NCBI GenBank assembly: GCA_026416195.1
Contig: JAOAFQ010000191.1
Location: forward strand, 28,719-92,718
Direction: 5' to 3'
Source: Candidatus Aminicenantes bacterium
GTDB lineage: Bacteria; Acidobacteriota; Aminicenantia; Aminicenantales; CALLJL01
Length of the DNA stretch: 64,000 nt
Position 1 is the first letter of the stretch. Each line of letters begins with the position of its first letter. The notes below the pieces were generated by a model that had not been told where the DNA came from, did no database searches, and was given only the letters and a program-made list of their open reading frames with translations. Both the position numbers and the translations under genes were made by a program. This document shows positions 1 through 10,800 of the stretch, piece after piece.

Positions 1-379
1 GGTTCTTATTGTTTAAATGTAATTCTTCCCCCTTCTGAAAAAGGAGTTTATTCTCTCGTTATTTTTATCTAATCCCTAAGCATTTAGAAATAAAACAGCC
101 TCTTTTGAAGGGCTGGCTGGCGGCCCAAGGGTTGAGAAAAGGAAAGGAAGCGGGTTTGAAGAAAACCTTTCCAACCAGCCCAAAGCCAGTATATAAGCAA
201 AAAATAAGCTTGTCAAAAGGCCTCCTAAGCAAGAAATTGAGAGCCTTTGGCCTTAGAATTAAAGCCGTTCTTGAAAATTTAGTTCAGAAAATTAGACCGA
301 GGGATAAAATTGATTTTGAATTTTCCAATTCAAATGAGTTATTATCAAGCCTTAAGAATTTAAATTAAGGAAAGAAAAC

Positions 380-1912
380 ATGAGCTTTCAAGATTATTTT
401 TTTAAAGAAATTCCTAGACGGGAGTTCCTCGAATTGAGCCTCAAAGGCAGTGTGGCTTTGGCTTCAGCTGCGACGCTTCTTTCAAATCTACTTTCTGGCG
501 AAACCCAGCCTAAAGAGATCGTTTCCCTATTTTCCCGTGAGGATCTTAATAAAGTTATCCAACAGGCCTTAAGATATGGTGGTGATTTTGCTGAAGTTTA
601 CTTAGAGCATCGCCTCTCTCGAAGCCTTCTTCTTGAAGAAGGGAAATTTAAAAGCGCCATCTATCGTTTAAGCCAGGGAGCTGGGGTTAGAGTTATGGCT
701 GGCGACAAAACTGGTTATGCCTATACTGATGAACTAACTATGGAAAAATTACTTCGAGCCGCTGAGGTAGCTTCTTATATTGCTCGGAATGGAAAGACCA
801 TCAAGCCAGTCCCAATTAAAGAGCAGAAGGGTCCTAACTACATCACCGTAAAAATCCCCTTGCAAATAGTGGCTGATGAAAAGCGGCTAGAAATAATGCA
901 AAGAGCTCATGAGGCGGCTTTAGCCTATGATGCTCGGATCAAAATGGCCTCGATCGATTATTACGATGAAATCCGAGGCCGAGTAATTGCTAATAGCGAA
1001 GGCCTTTATATTTTTGATGAGCTGCCTTTGATTTTCTTTACTGTCCAGACTTTAGGCGTAGGAAACAACACTTCTCATTTAGGCCGAGAAAGAATTAGTC
1101 GTCGCTGTGGAATAGAGCTCTTCGATGAAATCAAGCCGGAAGATGTCGCTCGGACATGTGCTCGAGAGTCAGTCGCAATGCTTGAGGCCAAGGAGGCCCC
1201 AGCTGGCAAAATGGATGTCGTTGTTCAGAATGGCTGGGGAGGTGTTCTGGTTCATGAAGCCGTTGGTCATCCCTTGGAAGCGGATAATATCGCCAAAGGT
1301 ATTGGTATTTTTGTTGGCAAAATGGATAAAAAAGTAGCTAGCGACGTTTTTACCCTGGTCGACGATGGTAGCCTCCCCAATTTCCGGGGGACAACTAACT
1401 TTGACGATGAAGGAACACCCATGAAGCGAAATGTCTTGATTAAAGATGGAGTTCTAGTAAAGTTCATGACCGATCTTCTTTCAGCCAAGCAGCTAAAAAT
1501 GGAAAAAACTGGCAATGGTCGCCGCGAAAGCTTTCAGTTTATGCCTATCCCTCGGATGACTAATACCTTCATTGAAAGAGGGAAAGATAATCCCCAGGAG
1601 ATTATTGCCTCAACCAAGAAAGGTCTTTATGTTCAGAGCATAAGCGGCGGTAGTGTCAACCCCATTACCGGTGTTTTTAACTTTACTTGTCGAGAAGCTT
1701 ATCTTATTGAAAATGGCCAAAAGACCATCCCCGTTAAAGGAGCCACGCTAGTCGGCCATTGCCTTGACATCATTCAAGGAATCGATGCAGTGGGCCATGA
1801 TCTTGATTTTGGTCCAGGAATATGCGGCAAAGGTCAGATCGCAGAAGTTACGGCTGGCCAACCAACGGTAAGAATTAGAGGAATTAACGTTGGTGGAACC
1901 AGAGGACGGTGA
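380..1912 (+). CDS. tldD: TldD family metalloprotease with N-terminal twin-arginine-like leader
   Basis: HEAVGH zinc motif, FDDEG, TGNGRR, PRMTNT, CGKGQ motifs; N-terminus PRREFL followed by a hydrophobic stretch. Confidence 0.93.
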   Translation: MSFQDYFFKEIPRREFLELSLKGSVALASAATLLSNLLSGETQPKEIVSLFSREDLNKVIQQALRYGGDFAEVYLEHRLSRSLLLEEGKFKSAIYRLSQGAGVRVMAGDKTGYAYTDELTMEKLLRAAEVASYIARNGKTIKPVPIKEQKGPNYITVKIPLQIVADEKRLEIMQRAHEAALAYDARIKMASIDYYDEIRGRVIANSEGLYIFDELPLIFFTVQTLGVGNNTSHLGRERISRRCGIELFDEIKPEDVARTCARESVAMLEAKEAPAGKMDVVVQNGWGGVLVHEAVGHPLEADNIAKGIGIFVGKMDKKVASDVFTLVDDGSLPNFRGTTNFDDEGTPMKRNVLIKDGVLVKFMTDLLSAKQLKMEKTGNGRRESFQFMPIPRMTNTFIERGKDNPQEIIASTKKGLYVQSISGGSVNPITGVFNFTCREAYLIENGQKTIPVKGATLVGHCLDIIQGIDAVGHDLDFGPGICGKGQIAEVTAGQPTVRIRGINVGGTRGR

Positions 1913-2113
1913 AGGAAAGGAGTTAGGATAAGATTAATACCTTATACCTTATTATACCTATAGGAATAGTAAAATATAAAGTTAAATGAATTTTAATTTC
2001 AGCCAAAAAAGGAAAAGGAAAAGGAAAAAAGAAAACAAGAGAAAAAGAGGAAGATAGGGGTAGGTCAGAAAAAATAAAAGAACTTGATTGATTGAAATAG
2101 AAAGGAGCTCAAC

Positions 2114-3448
2114 ATGGACTTTAAAGATTTGGCTAAACAAACAATAAAAAAGTGTTTAAAAAAAGGAGCTGAAGCCGCTGAAATTTATCTTGAAAATGGT
2201 CGTAATTTAACCATTGAAGTTAGAAATGGAGAGATCGAGAGGATTCAAGAAGCTGCTAGCTATGGAGCAGGCCTAAGGATCATCATTAAAGGTCGAATGG
2301 CTTTTGCTAGTTCTAATGATCTCAAAGAAAAATCTTTAGATGAGGCCATCAATCGAGCTATTGCTTTCGCTAAAATCACTTCGGCCGATCCAGCCAATGT
2401 TCTCCCCGATGACCCTAGGGTTAGTCCAGTAGAAGGACTCTATGATCCCCTGATTAGACAAGTTCCGATTGACGAAAAAATAGAATTATTGCGTCGCCTT
2501 GAAAAATTAGCCATGAAAGATTCCCGAATTACTAAAAGCGGTGGGGCCACTTACCGAGAGGGAGAAGGAGAAATTATCCTAGCCAATTCCAATGGCTTAC
2601 TTAAATCTTTCCAGGCCACAGTTTGTGGTTATGGAATTGAGGTCGTGGCCGAAAAGGGCGAACAAAAATCTTCAGGCAGTGATTTTCGTCAACGCCGCTT
2701 TTATGCTGATTTGCCTCCCCTGGAAGAAGTAGCCTCCAAAGCCGCCCGCGAAGCTTCGGAAATGCTTGATCCCCGGCCAGTGAAAACTCAGCGGGCCGCC
2801 GTCATCTTTGATCGCGAAGTGGCCTACGCTCTTCTTGGGGGAATCCTGTCTGCCTTAAATGGAGAAAGAGTCCTTCAGGGAGCTAGTTTTCTTGGAAAAA
2901 AATTGGGCCAAAAAATTGCGTCTGATTTCCTTACTCTCATTGACGACGGACTTCGACCCAAAGGATTAGCCAGCAAACCCTTTGATGGCGAAGGAGTAGC
3001 TACTCAAAGAAGAATAATCGTCCATAAAGGTATTCTTCAAGGCTATATGTATAATACCATAGTAGCCAAAAGAGCCGGCGTCGAGAGCACTGGAAATGCT
3101 AGCCGCAACAGCTTCTCCAGCCTTCCTGGGATTGGCCCTCATAATTTTTATATGGAAGCAGGTCAGGCCAAACCTGAAGATATAATTAAAGCGACGAAAA
3201 CTGGCTTTCTAGTAAAAGAAATCACTGGCTATGGGATTAATCCTGTAAATGGTCACTTCAGCGGCGGAGCTTCTGGTTTCTGGATTGAAAATGGACGAAT
3301 TGCCTTTCCAGTCAAAGGCTTAACGATAGCAGGTTCAGCCGATGAAATTCTTTTTGGTCTTGATTTGGTTGCCAATGACCTTGATTTAAACCGGATTGTA
3401 GCTGCTCCAACTTTCCGAGTTAAGGCTCTTCAAATTGGCGGCGATTAA
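2114..3448 (+). CDS. pmbA: PmbA/TldE family protein
   Basis: PFDGEG, STGNA, NPVNGHFSGG motifs, no HExxxH; follows tldD; AAGGAG RBS. Confidence 0.92.
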   Translation: MDFKDLAKQTIKKCLKKGAEAAEIYLENGRNLTIEVRNGEIERIQEAASYGAGLRIIIKGRMAFASSNDLKEKSLDEAINRAIAFAKITSADPANVLPDDPRVSPVEGLYDPLIRQVPIDEKIELLRRLEKLAMKDSRITKSGGATYREGEGEIILANSNGLLKSFQATVCGYGIEVVAEKGEQKSSGSDFRQRRFYADLPPLEEVASKAAREASEMLDPRPVKTQRAAVIFDREVAYALLGGILSALNGERVLQGASFLGKKLGQKIASDFLTLIDDGLRPKGLASKPFDGEGVATQRRIIVHKGILQGYMYNTIVAKRAGVESTGNASRNSFSSLPGIGPHNFYMEAGQAKPEDIIKATKTGFLVKEITGYGINPVNGHFSGGASGFWIENGRIAFPVKGLTIAGSADEILFGLDLVANDLDLNRIVAAPTFRVKALQIGGD

Positions 3449-3458
3449 AAGGAAAAAA

Positions 3459-4973
3459 TCAAATCGAAAAAAGCTCTTTAGTGGAAAAATTAGGGTCAGA
3501 AGTCAAATTAACTCCTAGCCTTCTTAATCCAGCTTCGTCACCAGGAGTGGGCATATGGGTCAAGTGAACCTCACAACCTCGAAGATATTTTAATTTTTCT
3601 AGAGCCAATTGAACCGTTGGGTTAGTTGAAGCATTGATACTTAAGCTGATTAGAACTTCTTCAAGGTTGAGGCTTACGGCCTTTGTTCCGATAATATCTT
3701 CCTTCATTCTCCGAATGGATTCAATAATGGAGGGCGAAAGAAGGTGAATTTTATCAGGAATTTCAGCTAGTTTTTTAATGGCGTTGAGGACCAAACTTGA
3801 GGCCGCGTGCATTAAAGGCGAATTTTTCCCCGTAACGATAGTTCCGTCTTTAAGTTCAATAGCGGCGCCACAATAAACTCCCTTATGCCCTTTACCTTTT
3901 TCCATCGCTTCCCGAGCTGCCTCACGAGCTGCTACCACCACGCGCCGATTTTCCGGCTTAACTTCAAGTTCTTTCATTAAAAGCTCGACTCTCTGGACGG
4001 TTTCCTTTTCTATAAAGCCCATAGCGTATTCACAGGCATAGCGAAAATAACGGCGAATTAATTCTTGCCGCGCCGCCTCCTTAACTACCTCTTCATCAAT
4101 TATGCCAGCGGCCACACAATTTACCCCCATATCCGTAGGCGATTTATATATTGACTCTGAGCCTGTAATCCTTTCTAAAATCCTCTTGACCACGGGAAAA
4201 ATCTCAATGTCCCGATTGTAATTAATAGCGACAACACCATAAGCCTCTAGATGAAAGGGATCAACGAGGTTAAAATCGCCGATATCAGCGGTGGCAGCCT
4301 CGTAGGCCACATTAACTGGGTGCTTTAAAGGCAGGTTCCAAATAGGGAAAGTTTCAAATTTAGCCAGCCCAGCGGCCACTCCTCGTTTGTGTTCATGATA
4401 AAGCTGAGAAAGACAAGTGGCCAGCTTGCCACTTCCAGGGCCAGGTCCAGTTACCACAACTAAAGGCTTCTCCGTTTCAATAAATTCATTAGCTCCATAG
4501 CCTTCATCGCTGACAATAGTATCGACATCTGTTGGATAACCTTTGGTATAAGCATGGGTATAAACTCTGAGGCCTCGTCTTTCCAGCTTATTTTTAAATA
4601 TTTTTGCAGCCGGCTGATTCTCAAACCGGGTAATAATTACCCCCTTGACCTCAAGGGCCCATTCTTTAAGCTCATCTATCATTTTTAGGGCGTCAGCCTC
4701 ATAAGTGATGCCAAAATCAGCCCGTAACTTCCTTTTCTCGATATCACCCGCATAAATACAAAGCAAAATTTCAGCCTTATCCCGCAGAAGCTGGAGCAGT
4801 CTCATTTTGATATTAGGGTCATAGCCGGGAAGGACTCGGGCTGCGTGATAATCATAAAGAAGCTTACCACCAAATTCGAGATAGAGCTTATTGTTAAATC
4901 TCTTAATTCGCTCTAAAATAGCCCTAGTTTGAACTTCGAGGTATTTTTCGTTGTCAAAGCCAACTTTACCCAT
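3459..4973 (-). CDS. DUF1846 family protein
   Basis: GFDNEKY...LYLEFGGKL, GPGSGKLATCLSQLYHE, KFETFPIWNLPLKHPVNVAYEAATAD signatures. Confidence 0.9.
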   Translation of the reverse strand: MGKVGFDNEKYLEVQTRAILERIKRFNNKLYLEFGGKLLYDYHAARVLPGYDPNIKMRLLQLLRDKAEILLCIYAGDIEKRKLRADFGITYEADALKMIDELKEWALEVKGVIITRFENQPAAKIFKNKLERRGLRVYTHAYTKGYPTDVDTIVSDEGYGANEFIETEKPLVVVTGPGPGSGKLATCLSQLYHEHKRGVAAGLAKFETFPIWNLPLKHPVNVAYEAATADIGDFNLVDPFHLEAYGVVAINYNRDIEIFPVVKRILERITGSESIYKSPTDMGVNCVAAGIIDEEVVKEAARQELIRRYFRYACEYAMGFIEKETVQRVELLMKELEVKPENRRVVVAAREAAREAMEKGKGHKGVYCGAAIELKDGTIVTGKNSPLMHAASSLVLNAIKKLAEIPDKIHLLSPSIIESIRRMKEDIIGTKAVSLNLEEVLISLSINASTNPTVQLALEKLKYLRGCEVHLTHMPTPGDEAGLRRLGVNLTSDPNFSTKELFSI

Positions 4974-5295
4974 CCTGAAAATTTTCTCCTCTCAATTTGA
5001 AAACCTTTTATGCCCTCTTTTTTTAATTAAGTCAAATCTTATTAGAACTATTCCCTGGCTTTTCTTTAAGCTTTAATAATAATATAACCAAGGCAAAATA
5101 AAAGATGAAACCACCATGAGAAGGAAGCAATCCTGGTTGGAGTAATTAATTGACAAAAATTGCTTTTTTTGTCTCAATCTACTTCGAGAGATTAGGTCTA
5201 TGGCTATATGATTGAAGCTAATTAGAACTAAAAAATAATTTATCCTAAAAGCAAATGAAGATACCAACTTAACCGGAATTTTTTAAGTAAGATTA

Positions 5296-6333
5296 ATGAT
5301 TAATTGCCGCCGCTGCCAACAAGAAAAAGCTGCCCAAGCCATCGGTCTAGGCCCATCTTGCCTAAAAGAAGTCGTTACTGAGGAAATCATTAGCCAAGCT
5401 CATTTCTCCCGCCAAAAATATGGACTTCCGTCTTCTCCCCCAAGGAATAAACCTGGCTTACTCTGTAGTTATTGTGCCAATGAATGCCAACTAGGTGAGG
5501 GCCAGGTAGGTTTTTGTGGTCTTAGAATTAATCGAAGTGGTCGAATTAATTCGCTAGCGCCTGAAAAATATTTTGCCGCCTCTTTTTATTATGACCCATT
5601 GCCGACTAATTGTTGTGCCGCTTGGTTTTGCCCTGGCTCAAAGGAAAGAGGCGTCAATCTCGCTGTCTTTTTTTATGGCTGCAATTTTGATTGTCTTTTC
5701 TGCCAAAATGCCACCCACCGCCTGATTCGGATAACTTCCTTCTTATCCTTAGAAGAATTAGTCAAAGCGGCTCTAGTCCCTCAGGTAAGATGCGTCTGCT
5801 TTTTTGGCGGCTCACCAGAACCTCAGCTTCCTCTGGCAATTGAAGCTAGCCAGGAAATAACACGTCAGGCCAAACGAAAAATTCGGATTTGTTGGGAGTG
5901 GAATGGCGGTGGCCACCCCACTCTTGTCCAAAAAGCAGCCGAGATCAGTCTAGAAACGGGTGGCACAGTTAAATTTGATTTAAAAGCTTGGTCCCCTGCC
6001 ATCGGCCGCGTTCTCTGCGGGGTTTCTCTCGACCGGTCTTTTGAGAATTTAAGCCGGCTCGGCCGCCTTTTCCCCCAAGCTGATTTCTTAACCGCTACGA
6101 CTCTCCTTGTTCCTTTTTATATCGATGAAGGAGAGGTCGAGTCTATCGCTCGTTTTTTAGCTTCTATTAATCCTGATTTCCCCTATTCCCTCCTTATTTT
6201 CCATCCTGACGATCGTCTTCGAGATTTGCCCATAACTCCAAAGCAACAAGTTCAAGCTTGTTATGAAGCGGCCAGACGTTATTTAAGGAGAGTCAATGTG
6301 GGCAATTTACATCTTTTAGAAAGGATTTTATGA
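5296..6333 (+). CDS. Radical SAM protein, PFL-activase/AmmeMemoRadiSam-like
   Basis: CNFDCLFCQN cluster motif, N-terminal CxxCxxxC..GFCGLR zinc-ribbon-like region, YDPLPTNC. Confidence 0.85.
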   Translation: MINCRRCQQEKAAQAIGLGPSCLKEVVTEEIISQAHFSRQKYGLPSSPPRNKPGLLCSYCANECQLGEGQVGFCGLRINRSGRINSLAPEKYFAASFYYDPLPTNCCAAWFCPGSKERGVNLAVFFYGCNFDCLFCQNATHRLIRITSFLSLEELVKAALVPQVRCVCFFGGSPEPQLPLAIEASQEITRQAKRKIRICWEWNGGGHPTLVQKAAEISLETGGTVKFDLKAWSPAIGRVLCGVSLDRSFENLSRLGRLFPQADFLTATTLLVPFYIDEGEVESIARFLASINPDFPYSLLIFHPDDRLRDLPITPKQQVQACYEAARRYLRRVNVGNLHLLERIL

Positions 6334-7607
6334 AAAAAGGTCGAATCTTTTTTTCCTGGTTCTGGGTCATCCTTTGTGCTGCTTCCATCTTCGCCATCGT
6401 TCCTCTGGCAAGGTCAATTCAAAATTTAGTAACTCGGACCTTGGGTCGCGCCGCTTTTGGCTATTTTGTTCTTTTTTCGATAGCTCTTTTTTTTGTCCTG
6501 ATAATTTGGTTACTTGTTTTTCGGCTTAAAATTCGGAGAATTTCGAGTTACCTTTGTCTGACTCTAGTTAGTTCGACCTATGTTTATTTCACCCTAAAAC
6601 TTTGGGCCCATCCGGAAGAAGCCATTCATTTCCTCGAATATGGTTTATTAAGTTTTCTTCTTTTTCGGGCTTTAAGGAACCATTTCTCTGACTTGTCCAT
6701 TTATTTCTCGGCCTTATTTCTTGGTTCCTTCGTCGGCCTATTGGACGAAATTCTTCAATGGATAACTCCAAAAAGATACTGGGATTTTCGAGATGTTGGC
6801 CTAAATGCTTTAGCTGTTTTTCTCTTTCAAATAGCGCTGGCTTTTGGGCTTCAACCAAGGGGAATCTCTCTATCAATTTCGCCTCGGAGTTTGCGCTTCG
6901 CCTCTTTAACCTTGGCAGCCAATTTAATTCTCCTAGGCCTATGCTTTTCTAATACCCCGCAAAGAGTAGCCCAGTACAGCCGCTTCTTACCTGGTCTGTC
7001 TTTTCTAGAAAAAGAAGAAATTATGCATGATTTCCAAATAAAAAAGCATCATCTGCCCGGTTTAGGGATCTTTTTTTCTCGTCTTGAGCTCGAAGAATTA
7101 AAGATGATTGATCGACAAAGAGGTAAAGAATTAGCCAATCTTCTTCATCAGTGGGCCGAAAAGCCCTATGAAGAATTCTTAAGGACTTTTGGGGCTCAAA
7201 AAGAGCCCTTTCTTCATGAGTTTCGGGTTAGACTTTTCCGTCGTGACCAAAAATTAAAAGAAGCCCAACAATTACCTCCTGGTCGAAAAAAAGACAAAGC
7301 TTTATTGGCTGCCTATCGAGAAAATCTCTTTCTTGAAAGATATTTTGGCCAAACTTTGAGGCTGTCAGGAAAGGCTTGGCCCGATGATTTGACCTATCAG
7401 CTGGCTAAAAAAATCAATCCTAAAACTCCTTATCGGAGTCCTGTGGGCGCAGGTTTTTGGCTCTTCCGCAGCGAATTGACCCTTTGGCTAACCATTATTA
7501 TCCTTCTTCTTATCCTAGCCATGATAAACCTAATTTTTGCTTTTTTAAAACAGGAGCAAAAGAAAAAAAATCAGCCAGCGGGGGGAATCGAACCCTCGAC
7601 CTGCTGA
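6330..7607 (+). CDS. VanZ-like membrane protein
   Basis: Multiple TM segments; EAIHFLEYG, LDEILQWITPKRYWDFRDVGLN typical of VanZ; ATGA overlap with upstream gene; 3' end runs into the tRNA-Thr antisense. Confidence 0.75.
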   Translation: MKKGRIFFSWFWVILCAASIFAIVPLARSIQNLVTRTLGRAAFGYFVLFSIALFFVLIIWLLVFRLKIRRISSYLCLTLVSSTYVYFTLKLWAHPEEAIHFLEYGLLSFLLFRALRNHFSDLSIYFSALFLGSFVGLLDEILQWITPKRYWDFRDVGLNALAVFLFQIALAFGLQPRGISLSISPRSLRFASLTLAANLILLGLCFSNTPQRVAQYSRFLPGLSFLEKEEIMHDFQIKKHHLPGLGIFFSRLELEELKMIDRQRGKELANLLHQWAEKPYEEFLRTFGAQKEPFLHEFRVRLFRRDQKLKEAQQLPPGRKKDKALLAAYRENLFLERYFGQTLRLSGKAWPDDLTYQLAKKINPKTPYRSPVGAGFWLFRSELTLWLTIIILLLILAMINLIFAFLKQEQKKKNQPAGGIEPSTC

Positions 7608-7645
7608 TTACGAATCAGCCGCTCTACCAACTGAGCTACGCTGGC
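7573..7645 (-). tRNA. tRNA-Thr(CGT)
   Basis: Acceptor GCCAGCG/CGCTGGC, D-arm AGCTCAGTTGGTAGAGC, anticodon loop TTCGTAA, T-loop GGTTCGATTCC; CCA not encoded. Confidence 0.96.
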
Positions 7646-7663
7646 TTTAAATTTCTCATTCCA

Positions 7664-7692
7664 TTGATATCGGAATCAATCTGACCTGTCAA
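7664..7692 (-). promoter_or_regulatory. sigma70-type promoter of tRNA-Thr
   Basis: TTGACA-17 nt-TATCAA just upstream of the tRNA 5' end. Confidence 0.6.
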
Positions 7693-7823
7693 GATTGGGA
7701 GATATTTTAAATTTGGCTCAGATTTACTGGTCTCTTTAATTGGCAAAAAGCTTAAATTCCAGTAAAATACGTCCTGAGTCAAAAGAGACAGCTCTAGGTA
7801 ATAAATTCAACATTCATGATTAG

Positions 7824-10800
7824 ATGATCATAAAAAAGTTAGAAATTCATGGTTTTAAATCGTTTCCTGATCGGACCAAAATCATCTTCCATCCAGGCAT
7901 AACCGCTATAGTTGGACCTAATGGAACTGGAAAGAGCAATATCATTGATGCCATTCTTTGGGTGCTGGGAGGCCAGCGGCAGAAAGCGCTTCGGGGCGAA
8001 AAAACTGAGGATATTATTTTCAACGGCAATAATAATCGGCCGGCTCTCAGCTTAGCTGAGGTTATTATGACCCTCGAAGAAGGGCCTGAAGAGCTAGTTA
8101 TCAGCCATCGTCTTTTTCGGTCAGGCGAAAGTGAATACCGTCTAAACGGTAAACCTGTAAGACTACGGGATATTCAAGAGACTCTCTGGAAAAGGGAAGT
8201 GGCGGAAAAAGATTATTATATTATTGAACAGGGAAGTATCGGATTGCTTCTGACTTCAAAGCCTCAAGAAAAAAGACAACTCTTAGAAGAAGCGGCTGGC
8301 ACTGCCTTTTATAAAGAAAAGAAAAAGCAGGCCCAGCACAAATTAGAAGATACTGAACAAAATTTAACTCGCCTTGAAGATATTATAGCGGAAGTCGCCC
8401 GAACCAAAAATTCTTTAGCTCGTCAGGCAGCCGCAGCTCGCCGTTATCGTCAGTTGAGGGAAAAAATTCGGCAATTGCGAAGCCTCCTCTTCTTAAAAAA
8501 ACTAAACCAACTTGAGGAAAAAAAACAAGAAATTTTTCTTGCTTATCAAGCCTCACTAGACCTGGAAAATCAATGTCTGGCCAAAATAAAAGCTGCTGAA
8601 AAAGAGATCAGTTTTATCCGACAGAAACTATGGACCACCGGACCACAGCTTGATCAGGTTCGAGAGGAGCTCCATTCACTTGAAAAGTATCGTCAAAAAC
8701 TTGAAGCGACCAAAGAGACTAAAAAACTGGAATTCCTTGAGGAAAGGAAAAAACAGGCTCTTGAAGAAATTAGACAACTTGAGGAAGAAAAAAATGTTCT
8801 TGACCAAGAGCTGACTCTCTTAAAAACTGTCGAAACTGAACTTGAAGAAAATCTCAGAGAAAAGCATCAGATGTTTAATCAGGTTAAAAGGGACTGGGAA
8901 GAAAGCGATCAACGCCGTCGGCAAATGACGATTCAATTACAACAACTTCGAGATAACCATTTACAAAAGGTAGCCAATTTAACCGAAAAGAAAAATATGC
9001 TCAGTCGGTGGGAAAAAGAATTTGAGCTTTCATGGAAACAAGAAAACAAGCTCATAACCCAAAAAGAAAAAGCGGCTCAACAGCTTCAGTCCATTAAGGA
9101 CAAAATGGACAAAATGAGAACTCAAATCGAGGCAATCCAAAAAGAGAAAAAATTAGTTGAAAACGAAATTGAAAAAACTCAACAGGAAATTGAGCTCCTT
9201 AAAAAAGAGCTGGATAAAACTAGGGTTGAGGAAAGAGAAAAATTGAAAAGAAAAGAAGCTCTAATCTATGAAATTGAGACCTTAAATAAAATTAGAGAAA
9301 AATCAACAAGCCAACTTGGTTTTGAACTTCCTGGAAGCTGGGGGAGATTGCTGGATTTACTTAGCGCTGAACCAGGTTTTGGTCACTTACTTGATGTTTT
9401 TTTAGGTGAAGCTACTCAAGCCACTGTCATTCCGGCCGAAACTCTTCTCAGCGAGGAATTACCTGAAATAAAAGGCTTGATCTTTGTTCTCCCCTCTTCT
9501 CGAGAAAAAATTAAACCGGAATGGCCAGATCATCCAGAAATCATTGGGTGGCTCAAAGATAACCTTCATCCCCATGGACTTTTAGCTTCAAGATGGTCTG
9601 AATTCCCAGATGCTCTCGTAGTTCAGAATTTAAAAACAGCTATTGATCTCTGGCTTAAATACCCTGAGCTTAATTTTGTTACCTTAAAGGGAGAAATTCT
9701 ATTAGCTAATGGTCTACTAAGAGCCCCGAAAAGAGCCAATGGCCTTTTCGCCCTTAAAGAAGAGGAACAAAAACGTCACCAGGAACTCCTTAAAATTGAA
9801 GAAGAATTAAAACCTCTTGAAGCCAAAATAATGGAGCTAACTAAAAATGTTAAGCAAATGGAAACTTTTATTGAAGAAAAAAGACAGCGTGAAACAATTT
9901 TAGAGACCAAGCTTAAAGAGATGGACCGGGAAATAGCTCGCTTGAGAATGGAAGAAGATCAGCTTATTCAAAATCACAATCTTTTTGAAAATGAACTTGA
10001 ATTTCTTCTCCAAGAAAAAAAGCGAATCGAAACCGAACTCAATTTATTTAAAATTCAAATAAATTCCTTGGTTGAAGAAGAAATATTTATTAGAGATAAG
10101 ATAACGGCCTTGGAAAAAATTTTAGAAGAAGAAGAACAAAAGTTTAACTTTCAAACCCATCAGGTAATGGAGCTTAAGGCGCAGGTCGAAATTGAAGAAA
10201 CTAAAAGAAACCATCTTCGACGTCAGATTGAGGCCTTGGAGCAGAGAAAATCCCATCTGGCTCAGAAAATCCAAACCCTTACCACTCAAGTTGAGAGCTT
10301 GGAAAAAGAAGAAAAGGAAGTGAGACAAACTCTAAAAGCACTAGCTGAAGAAATAAAATCTATAAGCTCTAAAATCGAAAAAAAACAAGAAGAGGTTACA
10401 ATCTTGGAAAATCAATACCATCAGCTCCGGCAAGAAGACGAACTTAAGGAAAAAGAAATGGCTGAACTCCGGATCGCCTATGAAAATCAGAAAGATGAGC
10501 GAATGAAACATGAAATAGCCCGAACACAAGTGGAAAGAGATTTAGCCAATCTAGCTGAAAATTGTTGGCAAGAACTCAGAAAAACCCTTGAAGAGCTTAA
10601 AGCTGACTCACCTCAAAAAGAGATGTTCAGCGGTGAAATTGAAGCCGAATTGGCAAAAGCCGAAGAAGAACTCCAAAAATTCAAGGCCGTCAATCTAATG
10701 GCCGAGGAAGAATATCAACAGCAAAAGGAACGCTACAATTTTCTCCTGGCCCAAAGAAACGATCTTCGGGAATCTATCGAAGCCACCAAAAAAGCCATTG

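Noticed and set aside
1-72. Possible 3' end of an upstream gene (GSYCLNVILPPSEKGVYSLVIFI*)
   Set aside because: Too short to support a call
105-368. 87-aa TTG-start ORF
   Set aside because: No RBS or recognisable domain; Lys-rich low-complexity sequence; probably the upstream region of tldD
5073-5267. 64-aa minus-strand ORF
   Set aside because: AT-rich divergent promoter region; no RBS or homology cues
7457-7684. 75-aa ORF
   Set aside because: Shadow of the VanZ-like gene and the tRNA-Thr antisense
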